From assembly GCA_031285625.1 (NCBI GenBank), contig JAITVV010000043.1:1-64000 (forward strand): DNA of 64,000 bases, written 5' to 3'. Positions within the stretch are counted from its first letter, which is position 1, and the number at the start of each line of letters is the position of its first letter. The translations under genes were made by a program, and so were the position numbers. The stretch is from Prevotella sp. (GTDB taxonomy: Bacteria; Bacteroidota; Bacteroidia; Bacteroidales; Dysgonomonadaceae). Below, piece after piece: positions 1-9,017 of the stretch. A model generated the notes under the pieces. That model did no database searches. It was not told the origin of the DNA and was given only the letters and a program-made list of their open reading frames with translations.

Positions 1-74
1 CCTTCATTTAAAACCAGCAGAACCGCTCGTTCGCGATCTGCAATACTAAATTTGTTACGTTTCTTTTTATACAT
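1..74 (-). CDS. IS3-family transposase OrfA N-terminus (partial)
   Basis: Hand translation MYKKKRNKFSIADRERAVLLVLNEG, resembling the OrfA HTH start; open to the window edge. Confidence 0.7.
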   Translation of the reverse strand, partial: MYKKKRNKFSIADRERAVLLVLNE

Positions 75-118
75 AAAATAAACCCTAAAAGTTTGTCTAA
101 CTTTTAGGGTTCACTTCA
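1..118 (-). mobile_element. IS3-family insertion sequence, left end (runs off the window)
   Basis: Minus strand starts TGAAGTGAACCCTAAAAGTTAGACAAACTTTTAGGGTT: a TG-terminated, IS3/IS150-like terminal repeat with an internal palindrome, followed by an OrfA-like start. Confidence 0.75.
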
Positions 119-150
119 TCGCGGATAGCCTTTTCAAGATGATTTGTATT

Positions 151-568
151 TTATCTTTGAGTAATAAAATTATTATTTTTATTATCTATTTCCACTCTTT
201 CAATAGCCAATAGCTCATCATCTTTATCATATATATAAATGAGGCATCCAGATTTATCAGCCCATGCATTAGCTCGTTTATTCCATTTCGTATAGGTTAT
301 ATGAGTTACTTTATCAGTATCCCCATAAACATATACATGTTTATTTACATTTCTCCATCCACCTGTCTTCGACCATTCATCTACTGATCTCTCAAGGATG
401 CGCCCATCACTGGCATATACATAATTCTTTTTAGTTACAGGCTCCAAAGTTTCATCATCAACCGTTACATATTCCTTTTTCACTCCTAATTCAGAATTTA
501 CCACATTGCTGTATACCTTTACATTTCTTGCATTAAGATTTACTGCAAAAACTAATAATTGCTTTCAT
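151..568 (-). pseudogene. DUF3836-like exported protein with frameshifted signal peptide
   Basis: ATG at 568 (MKAIIS..) stops after 11 codons; the frame of ORF 151..504 extends upstream as LLVFAVNLNARNVKVYSN without an ATG; TAtaTTTG promoter near 627-634. Confidence 0.5.
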
Positions 569-706
569 AATGTATATTTTTAAAGTTATAATTTAATAAA
601 TTAGTGTATTAGATTACTAGTACACTGCAAATATAGATTAACTTTTTGAAATAACAAATACTTCCATCACTTTTCTTGCTAAAAATCTATTTATTTCTTT
701 ATAATA

Positions 707-1405
707 CTACCCCAATTCGAAATCCAGACTAGATTTTCTAAAATCACGAAGAGCAAATTTTTCATCACATAATTGCTTCTCAGCTATACTGTTGATATCT
801 ATTTGAGGTACAACGTTTATATGATCATGCAACCCATAGTTCTTCACAAAGAGCACCAGATTAACATTGGGAGTATACCACTCGCCATCACCTCGTTCTT
901 CACGCCTGCACAAAAAACATAACGTTTGCCCGACTCTTATTTCCAAAGTGATATTAGTGCGGGGGAAATCTGTTATTATATCACCTGTTTCCTGATTCAC
1001 ATCTAAAAGATTAAATCCATATGGAGCAATGCTCTTGAAGTTTACATAAGGCAGTTGTCCCTTATTGCCTTGTATCCCGGTCTTATTACTCGATAACCTC
1101 TCATATCCCTTCTGCCAAACATTATTTTTATCAGGATGCTCGCCAGTGACAGAACAGACAACATTTGTATTTTCTTTAAAGATTTTAGCGCATAACTCAT
1201 CTGGTATACTCTCCGATAAAAAAGGCTTTCCTGAATCATAAGCAATGTATGGAGCAAAATGTCCTTTTGCTTTAGATGGCCCCGTATAAAAAAAAGCATC
1301 ATGAGGTAAGGTAGTTCGTACAGCACCCTTTCCATAAAAACGATATTCACGGACAAAAAACTCTATAAATAAAACTTTACGAGGAAATATTAAAGGTTGT
1401 TTCAT
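707..1405 (-). CDS. hypothetical protein (232 aa)
   Basis: Long ORF with ATG start and a TAatTTTG promoter element near 1422-1429; no family recognised. Confidence 0.7.
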   Translation of the reverse strand: MKQPLIFPRKVLFIEFFVREYRFYGKGAVRTTLPHDAFFYTGPSKAKGHFAPYIAYDSGKPFLSESIPDELCAKIFKENTNVVCSVTGEHPDKNNVWQKGYERLSSNKTGIQGNKGQLPYVNFKSIAPYGFNLLDVNQETGDIITDFPRTNITLEIRVGQTLCFLCRREERGDGEWYTPNVNLVLFVKNYGLHDHINVVPQIDINSIAEKQLCDEKFALRDFRKSSLDFELG

Positions 1406-1465
1406 TGCAATGTAGTTTGCACAAAATTAGTGATAAATTGAAACAGCCTCCAATATTTAGGGTAA

Positions 1466-2026
1466 TTATTCAAGTAACTCGTAATATAAGTCTCTCAATC
1501 GTTCTCGCAGGTGCAAGACTGCATAACGTTTCCGCGAAATAAGGGTATTTACAGTAATACCAGTTTCTTCCGAAATTTCTTTAAAAGAAAATCCCTCCAA
1601 CTCCGTAAGTTCAAAAATCTCACGTTGTTCTATTGGTATTTCAGACAGAGCGTTTTCCAGTTCAATCCAGACTAACGATCTCAAATATTCAGTTTCCGGA
1701 GAGGAATCATCATCCATGAGCAAGCTTGTGATCTCGGCCATAAACAATTCATCATTATCTTCCGTCTTCACATAAGGCATTTCCACCTCTCTATGTTTGC
1801 GGCTACGATCGATAATCTGATTATTAGCTACAGAATACAACCACGCTGAAATCTGCTCTATAGGTCTTTCAATCAGATCGATCTTAGAAAGCTGGTAAAA
1901 GACATTTTGCAGTATATCCTCCCCATCTTCTTTCGATAAGACACGCTTATTGATATAACCTTTTAGCTGATTCCGATATTTGTTGAAGATATCCGAAACA
2001 CTCTGTCCTTTCGGCTCTGTCGTCAT
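1466..2026 (-). CDS. ECF sigma-70 factor
   Basis: Region 2 (EDILQNVF..WLYSVANNQIID) and region 4 (REIFELTELEGFSFKEISEETG..NTLISRKRYA). Confidence 0.95.
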   Translation of the reverse strand: MTTEPKGQSVSDIFNKYRNQLKGYINKRVLSKEDGEDILQNVFYQLSKIDLIERPIEQISAWLYSVANNQIIDRSRKHREVEMPYVKTEDNDELFMAEITSLLMDDDSSPETEYLRSLVWIELENALSEIPIEQREIFELTELEGFSFKEISEETGITVNTLISRKRYAVLHLRERLRDLYYELLE

Positions 2027-2427
2027 TCTTCAGTTGTATTGCGATCCTCTTTTGATTCTTTTCTATCATTGCAAAATGCCGCACCGAATCCATTAAATTC
2101 GCGCATGTGACTACGCATATATTCCCGTTTTTCATCGCGTGACATATCTTTCATCTTATCCCGCATCATATGCCACTGACGAAAATCTTCTTTCTTTTGA
2201 TTACCAAAACGTCTATGACCTCCAAACTTTCCAAAGCCTCCAAAGCCTCCTAATAATAAACGGCTAAGTAGCATCAGTCCGGCAGCCTGCCAGTAATTGA
2301 TAGTTGTCCATCCTATGATAGACGGAATCAAAGCGTTCCAAAGCAACATAACAACAGCAATTGCAGCCGCAAAAACAGCAAGGAAAACCAAACCGCCCAA
2401 AAATCTCTTACCTCTAAAATTTTTCAT
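2023..2427 (-). CDS. small membrane protein with Gly-rich/charged tail, coupled to the ECF sigma
   Basis: Two hydrophobic segments (VMLLWNALIP..INYWQAAGLMLLSRLLLGGF); 4-nt overlap with the sigma gene. Confidence 0.85.
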   Translation of the reverse strand: MKNFRGKRFLGGLVFLAVFAAAIAVVMLLWNALIPSIIGWTTINYWQAAGLMLLSRLLLGGFGGFGKFGGHRRFGNQKKEDFRQWHMMRDKMKDMSRDEKREYMRSHMREFNGFGAAFCNDRKESKEDRNTTEE

Positions 2428-2458
2428 ATTTATATTTCTTTTATTATCATTATGTGAT

Positions 2459-2572
2459 TTATAATATGACCCTAAAGTACAAATGTAATATACTTACAGC
2501 AGCCATTATTACAGATGCTATTATTGTAATTACCGGAATAGCAACCTTACTTATATCTCTCTTTTCCATCAT
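2459..2572 (-). CDS. 37-aa single-TM small protein (not in ORF track)
   Basis: MMEKRDISKVAIPVITIIASVIMAAVSILHLYFRVIL*; fills the gap between ferredoxin and membrane protein on the same strand. Confidence 0.55.
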   Translation of the reverse strand: MMEKRDISKVAIPVITIIASVIMAAVSILHLYFRVIL

Positions 2573-2582
2573 GATTAATTTA

Positions 2583-2810
2583 TTACACTGTTATCAACTC
2601 AATGGCGTCTGTAGGACATTCCCATGTACAACCACCACATCCCTTACATCTATCCCGATATTCAACAGTCGCATAGCTACGATTATCTTTATAGACCATA
2701 CCTAATACTTTATGGTGGCATCTATCAACACATCTTTCGCACCCAATACACTTACGTTCGAATATTTGTAAAGATATGACTTCCACTTGTCTTCTTTTGA
2801 ACTTAAACAT
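2583..2810 (-). CDS. 2[4Fe-4S] dicluster ferredoxin
   Basis: CIGCERCVDRC and CKGCGGCTWECP motifs. Confidence 0.9.
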   Translation of the reverse strand: MFKFKRRQVEVISLQIFERKCIGCERCVDRCHHKVLGMVYKDNRSYATVEYRDRCKGCGGCTWECPTDAIELITV

Positions 2811-3033
2811 TCTTCCATATATTATTCTTTTAACACTCTATTAATTAAGATATATCTTCTACTATTGATGACGAACGAAGGGAAAATATATTTTAATTTT
2901 TTCTCTTTTTTACAGAAAAAACTTTTTACCACACTAATTATCAACCCATAAACAATACATTAAGATAAATTGTTAAATAATCAGTTTACATATCATCCAT
3001 AATATGTACTTTTGATGTCCTAAAAAAATTAAA

Positions 3034-3969
3034 ATGATGAAGAAATTTTATTCAATATTAATTATATGTTTGTTTGCCAGTAATGGTTTTGCACAGAAAA
3101 ATAACAAGCAGGAGATAACTATTCCTTATGATAGCACAACTAACTTTCTTGGTAAAAATGTCCAGCAATACACAGGGCAGCAGCTCTATCTGAAAGGTTT
3201 GGAAAAATCATCCCGACAATATGGATACACAGGATTTATTCTCAAATATAAAAAAGACGATGACCTATTGAATGAGGAAAAAAATATATATAAACCAAAT
3301 GATAATTACAGTTCGCGCTATGAAGATTTAGCAGGAAAATATTTTCAGGTATTAGAAGTCATCAAACATCCCAAAGCAAAGAAAAGTACTGAAGATTATC
3401 AGGACGATTACTATCTAAAATTGCAAGAGAAATCAAGTGGAGACATTCTGTATTATAAATATAACACTGATTCGGAGTATACATTTCCGTTTATCACTAC
3501 AGGGTTCTTTATCAAAGAAAAACAACTGCTAAATGGGAAGGAATATGTGATATCTGACGATATTCTGAAAATGTCCCGCAACCTGGCAACAGGAAAAGCC
3601 CTTACATTCACTACCGGACAAACATGGAAATGTGTTGACCTTACAATAGACAATACGAATAGTGAATTGTCACTTATTCTGCAAAATAAAGGAGGAGTAA
3701 AAACAGCTATCCCCTACTCTCTTCTGATCAACGATGGAGGTATAAAGAAAGTTTATACAGCAGCAGAAGCTTCAACACTTACTAAAAAATATAATTCAAA
3801 TAACTTCCGCCGTATTCTGCAAAACAAGATAAGAGTGGGTATGACAAAAGAAATGACCCGCTTGGCCTGGGGTGAACCAGCAGAAATAAAAGAAGGAAAA
3901 ACCGAACAATGGATATATCCTGCCGGAATACTTAATTTTAGGGGAGATAAGATTATAAGCACGAAATAA
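3034..3969 (+). CDS. exported hypothetical protein
   Basis: Signal peptide; C-terminal IRVGMTKEM..AWGEP..EQWIY SmpA/OmlA-like module; TActTTTG at 3007-3014. Confidence 0.8.
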   Translation: MMKKFYSILIICLFASNGFAQKNNKQEITIPYDSTTNFLGKNVQQYTGQQLYLKGLEKSSRQYGYTGFILKYKKDDDLLNEEKNIYKPNDNYSSRYEDLAGKYFQVLEVIKHPKAKKSTEDYQDDYYLKLQEKSSGDILYYKYNTDSEYTFPFITTGFFIKEKQLLNGKEYVISDDILKMSRNLATGKALTFTTGQTWKCVDLTIDNTNSELSLILQNKGGVKTAIPYSLLINDGGIKKVYTAAEASTLTKKYNSNNFRRILQNKIRVGMTKEMTRLAWGEPAEIKEGKTEQWIYPAGILNFRGDKIISTK

Positions 3970-3985
3970 AATCGTGCTTATAATT

Positions 3986-4420
3986 CTAATTGAAGATACT
4001 TTTATAATATACCAAATACCATTTATTATTAATATTCTGATATTTGGATACAATATCTACTCCAGAATCAGGAATATAAATCCGATGGAACACATCTTTG
4101 GGGTCTTCCTTAATCTCTACGCGATATTCAGTCGTATCAACGTCATATATCGAACCTATTAATAATTCCCAGTCCTCTTTTTCGATCTTATCAGAGATCA
4201 TTCTCCCATCCTCAGATATATCTCCATCTAAGGGAAACTGGATGCGGGATAGCTGAAATGCTCCGTCCTTAAGGAATTTAGTATAAAAAGTTTGAAAATC
4301 CTCTGTTTGCTGTCCATTATACTGGTCTGATACCTTTGCAGCCGTTTCATTACTCTTTTGCTTACAACCAACAAGACCATAAGCAATTACAATACACAGT
4401 AAAACAATGACATTCTTCAT
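3986..4420 (-). CDS. DUF4348-like lipoprotein
   Basis: Lipobox LVGC; EDFQTFYTKFLKDGAFQLSRIQFPL motif. Confidence 0.75.
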   Translation of the reverse strand: MKNVIVLLCIVIAYGLVGCKQKSNETAAKVSDQYNGQQTEDFQTFYTKFLKDGAFQLSRIQFPLDGDISEDGRMISDKIEKEDWELLIGSIYDVDTTEYRVEIKEDPKDVFHRIYIPDSGVDIVSKYQNINNKWYLVYYKSIFN

Positions 4421-4457
4421 ATCTCTTTTTTAACAAAGATATCATTTTATAATTTAA

Positions 4458-5285
4458 TCATCCTATAATCAAAGACGTCATACTCAAGGAACCTGCAATT
4501 ACCTTATCGTTAAAAAATCGGACTGACTCATCTTTCCCTTGTAAACCTAATGTATACAACAAAGGAATATAGTGTTCCGGAGTCGGTATTGCCATCAATG
4601 ATGCCGGAATATGCATGTAATCGATCAATGAATAATGATCCCGGCTCAGTATCTTCTCTTTCAGGAAGTTATTTAGCTCAAAAGCCCAGTCATAACCAAA
4701 TTCGGCATTGAAATCCTCCCCGGCAACTTTCACCATTCTCAAATTATGAATCATATTGCCACTCCCTACAATTAACACACCTTTACGGCGCAGAAACATC
4801 AATTCATTTCCCAAGCCATAATGGTACCTCGAATCTTTAAAATGATCAATACTCATCTGTACCACAGGAATATCAGCTTTAGGATAAATATGTTTCAGCA
4901 CGCTCCAACTACCATGATCCAACCCCCATTCATAGTCATCGCGGATATTTACTTTTCTTATTTCCTGCTGCACCATCTTGGCTAACAGGGAAGAACCCGG
5001 AGCCGGATATTGCTGAGCATACAATTCTCCCGGGAATCCATAAAAGTCATGTATAGTCTTAGGTCGATCCATTGCTGTAACAAAAGTACCTTTTGTTTCC
5101 CAATGGGCAGAAATGCAAAGTATGGCCTGAGGTTGCGGAATATCAGTACCCAGCTTTTGCCAGGTTCTAACAAATTCATTATCCTCAATAGAATTCATAG
5201 GAGTGCCATGCCCTACAAAAACGACAGGCATCAAGGGTGTATCAACAAAAGACATAACCTCTTTATGTAAATCTCTAAGTGTCAT
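4458..5285 (-). CDS. ygiD: 4,5-DOPA extradiol dioxygenase (LigB family)
   Basis: FVGHGTPM, SAHW, TIHDFYGFP, WGLDHGSW, PTPEHYIPL motifs. Confidence 0.92.
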   Translation of the reverse strand: MTLRDLHKEVMSFVDTPLMPVVFVGHGTPMNSIEDNEFVRTWQKLGTDIPQPQAILCISAHWETKGTFVTAMDRPKTIHDFYGFPGELYAQQYPAPGSSLLAKMVQQEIRKVNIRDDYEWGLDHGSWSVLKHIYPKADIPVVQMSIDHFKDSRYHYGLGNELMFLRRKGVLIVGSGNMIHNLRMVKVAGEDFNAEFGYDWAFELNNFLKEKILSRDHYSLIDYMHIPASLMAIPTPEHYIPLLYTLGLQGKDESVRFFNDKVIAGSLSMTSLIIG

Positions 5286-5351
5286 ACATCTATATTAAAA
5301 TCGGCTTTGGAATACCAAAGCCGATCCTGTAATTTACCGTTATCTGTTAAA

Positions 5352-6008
5352 TTATTTTGTTACTTTAGCGACTATTGTTATTTGCAACTCAATATTATCA
5401 TTCACAATATTTTCTTTCAGATCATCGAACAGTGTTTTAGATCCATATTTTACATTCCACTGTGTACGATCTATAGTAAATGGAACTGTTACAGCCTTAT
5501 ATACATCACCTTCCTTAGTTACTTTAGCCCCAAATGTGATATTCTTTTCTACATCCTTCATTTTCAGGTTTCCGCTTACATTATAATTAATGCTATCTGT
5601 AGCATTAGCAGCTTTTTCCACTTTAGTGATAGTAAAAGTACTTTCGGGATATGTAGCCACATCAAAGAAATCTCCACTTTTCAGGTGATCTGTTAACTGA
5701 TCTTTCAATACCTGTGTAGGAAGATCTTTATCAACTATACTATTCATATCAATTATAAAAGAACCCGATGCGACTTCCTCACCATTAATAGCCAGACTAC
5801 CACTTTTAAGAGCTATAGTACCTACATGCTCTCCGCCTACCTTAGAACCTTTCCATTGTATAGAAGATGATGGGACAATCACGGCAAGCTGTTCCCCGGT
5901 ACCTGAAGCTGCCGCTTGGGCATCAGTTCCTTCTACTTTATTTTTTGTTGTTGTATTGCATGACACTGCAAATAATACGATGGCGATCGCCAATAAATAA
6001 GTTTTCAT
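5352..6008 (-). CDS. YceI-family lipoprotein
   Basis: Lipobox AVSC; HLKSGDFFDVATYP and IDRTQWNVKYGS motifs. Confidence 0.9.
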   Translation of the reverse strand: MKTYLLAIAIVLFAVSCNTTTKNKVEGTDAQAAASGTGEQLAVIVPSSSIQWKGSKVGGEHVGTIALKSGSLAINGEEVASGSFIIDMNSIVDKDLPTQVLKDQLTDHLKSGDFFDVATYPESTFTITKVEKAANATDSINYNVSGNLKMKDVEKNITFGAKVTKEGDVYKAVTVPFTIDRTQWNVKYGSKTLFDDLKENIVNDNIELQITIVAKVTK

Positions 6009-6179
6009 TTTATCTTTTATTTTAATTAATTTCTGTTATTAAATACGATACAAAGTTAAGTGACAGTACTTCACCCACAAAATAGTTATTTTTATAAATA
6101 ATCATTAAAAATTTCATAGATTTGTACCCACAACACACTATAATAGAATTTTATTACACTAATTACTAGAACAAAAACT

Positions 6180-7091
6180 ATGGTAAACCTGGAATGGTAC
6201 AGAACATTTAAAGCCATCTATCAATTTGGAACATTGACTAGAGCCTCACAAGAACTGATGATATCCCAACCCAACATGAGTATTCAGCTAGCCTCACTCG
6301 AAACCTATATCGGACAACCTCTCTTTGTAAGGATGCCTCGAAAAATGATGCCTACTGAATATGGTAAACAATTATACACCCAAATAGTTGAGTCTATAGA
6401 TAATTTGGAACGCGTAGAAGCTGAATTTAAACGAACTGTATTAAATAAAGCGCCAAGTATACGTTTTGGAACACCATCGGAACTATTCAACAATTATCTG
6501 GCAGAACATATTGGAGAAGAGGATAATTTACATTTAACCGTAGAATATGGCTTAGCAGACAAACTTACAGAAAAGTTGATCAGCAACGATCTTGACATTG
6601 CAATCATTACCCGCCAAAGTAAATCGGACGATTCATTAACGTATGAAACATTATTTACCGAATCGTTCATGATAGTCTGCAATCCAGATACAGATACCAA
6701 TGAATTTGACGGCCATATCAAAGAAAATAATTTATCCGGAGCGGAGAAATGGCTAAAAGGGAAGAAATGGTATGCATATGACAATAATCTACCTTTGATC
6801 AGAAGATTCTGGAGAGAGAATTTCAAAAAACGCCCGATATTGAAACTACATGCAGTTATTCCTGACAATGATGCCATTCTAAAAGCTGTAAAAAACAGTA
6901 ATGGCCTGTCTGTATCATCAGACCTTATTGCAGGCAAAGCCCTTAAAGAAGGTAATGTAAAAGTGCTATGGAAAGGATCAGACACTGCAAATAACACGCT
7001 ATATCTGGCCTATAATAAAAATAAGATACAACCTCAATATCTCGAAAAAGTTAAAGGATTTATATTGAAATATGTTGATTTTCACAAATAA
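6180..7091 (+). CDS. LysR-family regulator, divergent from yceI-ygiD
   Basis: N-terminal HTH TLTRASQELMISQPNMSIQLASLE; 303 aa. Confidence 0.95.
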   Translation: MVNLEWYRTFKAIYQFGTLTRASQELMISQPNMSIQLASLETYIGQPLFVRMPRKMMPTEYGKQLYTQIVESIDNLERVEAEFKRTVLNKAPSIRFGTPSELFNNYLAEHIGEEDNLHLTVEYGLADKLTEKLISNDLDIAIITRQSKSDDSLTYETLFTESFMIVCNPDTDTNEFDGHIKENNLSGAEKWLKGKKWYAYDNNLPLIRRFWRENFKKRPILKLHAVIPDNDAILKAVKNSNGLSVSSDLIAGKALKEGNVKVLWKGSDTANNTLYLAYNKNKIQPQYLEKVKGFILKYVDFHK

Positions 7092-7202
7092 TTACAAAAT
7101 CTGCTTATCCGTACAATTTTCCTTCTGATTTACAGAAGTGTCATCGTAAAGATTCAGTTTTTTATGTATATTTGTTGTTATATATTACATATAAAGTGAA
7201 TT

Positions 7203-8858
7203 ATGGAAAATGGAAAATTTCTTTCTCTGATAAAAGACGGTATCTGCGACAACTGGGACCGTCCTGCGTTGACAGACTATAATGGAGAAACATATCTATA
7301 TAAGGATTTTGCAAAGAAAATAGCTCAACTTCATATCCTTTTTGACGATATGGGGGTGCAAAAAGGAGATAAAATTGCTATATGTGGACGCAATTCGTCA
7401 AATTGGACAGTTGCGTTCTTTGCTTCTCTGACTTATGGTGCTGTTATCACAACAATATTACACGATTTTAGTGGCGAAAGTATACACACATTAGTAAATC
7501 ATTCTGAGGCAAAAGTTTTATTTGCTGATGAGTATGTATGGTCTAAAATAGATCCTGTAAAGATACCTACAGTGGAGACAATAATGCTGATTGATGATTT
7601 TTCGGTACAAAAATCACGTTCAGCTAAATTACTAGAGTCTTGTTCGAATCTCGATCATGCATTAAACAAAAAGTTCCCTGATGGATTTACCAAAGAGAAT
7701 GTAACAGTGCATGACGAATCTCCTGAAGAACTGGCTGTATTAAACTACACATCAGGTACGACGAGCAATCCTAAAGGGGTGATGATCCCTTATCGCAGTT
7801 TGTGGTCTAATACACGTTTTGCAATAGATAATATTGAATTTGTAAAGGCTGGAGATGGCATCGTATGTATGCTGCCAATGGCACACATGTACGGACTGGC
7901 TTTTGAAGTATTATTATCAATATGCAAAGGGTGTCATATTCATTATCTGACACGTGTACCTTCGCCTCAAATAATTATGGATGCATTTGCAAAAGTAAAT
8001 CCTACATTAGTGCTGGCAGTACCTCTCATTATCGAGAAAATTATACAGATGCGCGTATTCCCCGAATTTAAGAAACAGCCGGCGAAAACATTATTAAAAA
8101 TACCTTTCTTCAAAAAGAAAATTTACAAGAAAGTAGCCGATAAACTTATACCAATGTTTGGAAATAAACTGGTTGAAGTTGTGATTGGCGGTGCAGCACT
8201 AAATAAAGAGGTCGGTCAATTTTTATCAGACATCAAATTTCCATATACAGTAGGCTATGGAATGACAGAATGCGGACCACTTATCTCTTATGAATACTGG
8301 GAAACATACAAACCAGGTTCTTGTGGACGTGCAGTAGACAGGATGAGTATTCGTATAGAATCGGCAAATCCGGAAACTGAAACCGGAGAAATTATAGTAA
8401 AAGGGCAAAACGTAATGTCGGGCTACTATAAGAATGAAGAGGCTACAAAGCATGTTCTTGACGAGGCTGGCTGGTTACGAACTGGCGATTTGGGAATAAT
8501 AGACCGTGATGGATTCCTGTATATCAAAGGTCGGAGCAAAACAATGATTCTTAGTGGTTCAGGACAAAACATATATCCGGAAGAAATTGAAGATTTTTAC
8601 AACAATTCTCCATATGTCAGTGAAGCATTAATAATAGAAGAGAATGGTAAGTTGATCGCTTTGATATATCCGGATAAAGATTACATGAGGAAAAACAATA
8701 TCAAAGACAGTGAATACTCTGAAATCTTTATCGCAGAAAAAAAAGCTATAAACAAACGTCTTCCGGGATATAGCCAAGTAGCTAATTTCAGGATACAGGA
8801 ACAGGAGTTTGAAAAAACACCCAAACGAAGTATTAAACGATTCTTATATCAGAAATAA
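7203..8858 (+). CDS. long-chain fatty-acid-CoA ligase (AMP-binding)
   Basis: YTSGTTSNPKG, GYGMTE, WLRTGDLG, GQNIYPEEIE. Confidence 0.93.
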   Translation: MENGKFLSLIKDGICDNWDRPALTDYNGETYLYKDFAKKIAQLHILFDDMGVQKGDKIAICGRNSSNWTVAFFASLTYGAVITTILHDFSGESIHTLVNHSEAKVLFADEYVWSKIDPVKIPTVETIMLIDDFSVQKSRSAKLLESCSNLDHALNKKFPDGFTKENVTVHDESPEELAVLNYTSGTTSNPKGVMIPYRSLWSNTRFAIDNIEFVKAGDGIVCMLPMAHMYGLAFEVLLSICKGCHIHYLTRVPSPQIIMDAFAKVNPTLVLAVPLIIEKIIQMRVFPEFKKQPAKTLLKIPFFKKKIYKKVADKLIPMFGNKLVEVVIGGAALNKEVGQFLSDIKFPYTVGYGMTECGPLISYEYWETYKPGSCGRAVDRMSIRIESANPETETGEIIVKGQNVMSGYYKNEEATKHVLDEAGWLRTGDLGIIDRDGFLYIKGRSKTMILSGSGQNIYPEEIEDFYNNSPYVSEALIIEENGKLIALIYPDKDYMRKNNIKDSEYSEIFIAEKKAINKRLPGYSQVANFRIQEQEFEKTPKRSIKRFLYQK

Positions 8859-8883
8859 GCCCAATAGTTATAAGTTATTCTTC

Positions 8884-8960
8884 TTTGTCATGTTGACTAA
8901 GGAAGTATTCCGTATTTGTTAATAAAAAGTGTAATGATCCTTCATTCTTCAGAATGAAAA
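8884..8960. repeat. degenerate copy of REP-like palindrome (family 1)
   Basis: TGTCATGTTGACTAAGGAAG...GATCCTTCATTCTTCAGAATGA, reverse-oriented relative of the copies at 31371 and 53249. Confidence 0.6.
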
Positions 8961-9017
8961 ATTTCTTCACAACTTAAAATAGGAAACAAAATATAAATAT
9001 TAATTCACAGTAAAAAT

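Noticed and set aside
2454-2705. 83-aa plus-strand ORF
   Set aside because: Antisense to the ferredoxin and the 37-aa peptide, which fit the operon better
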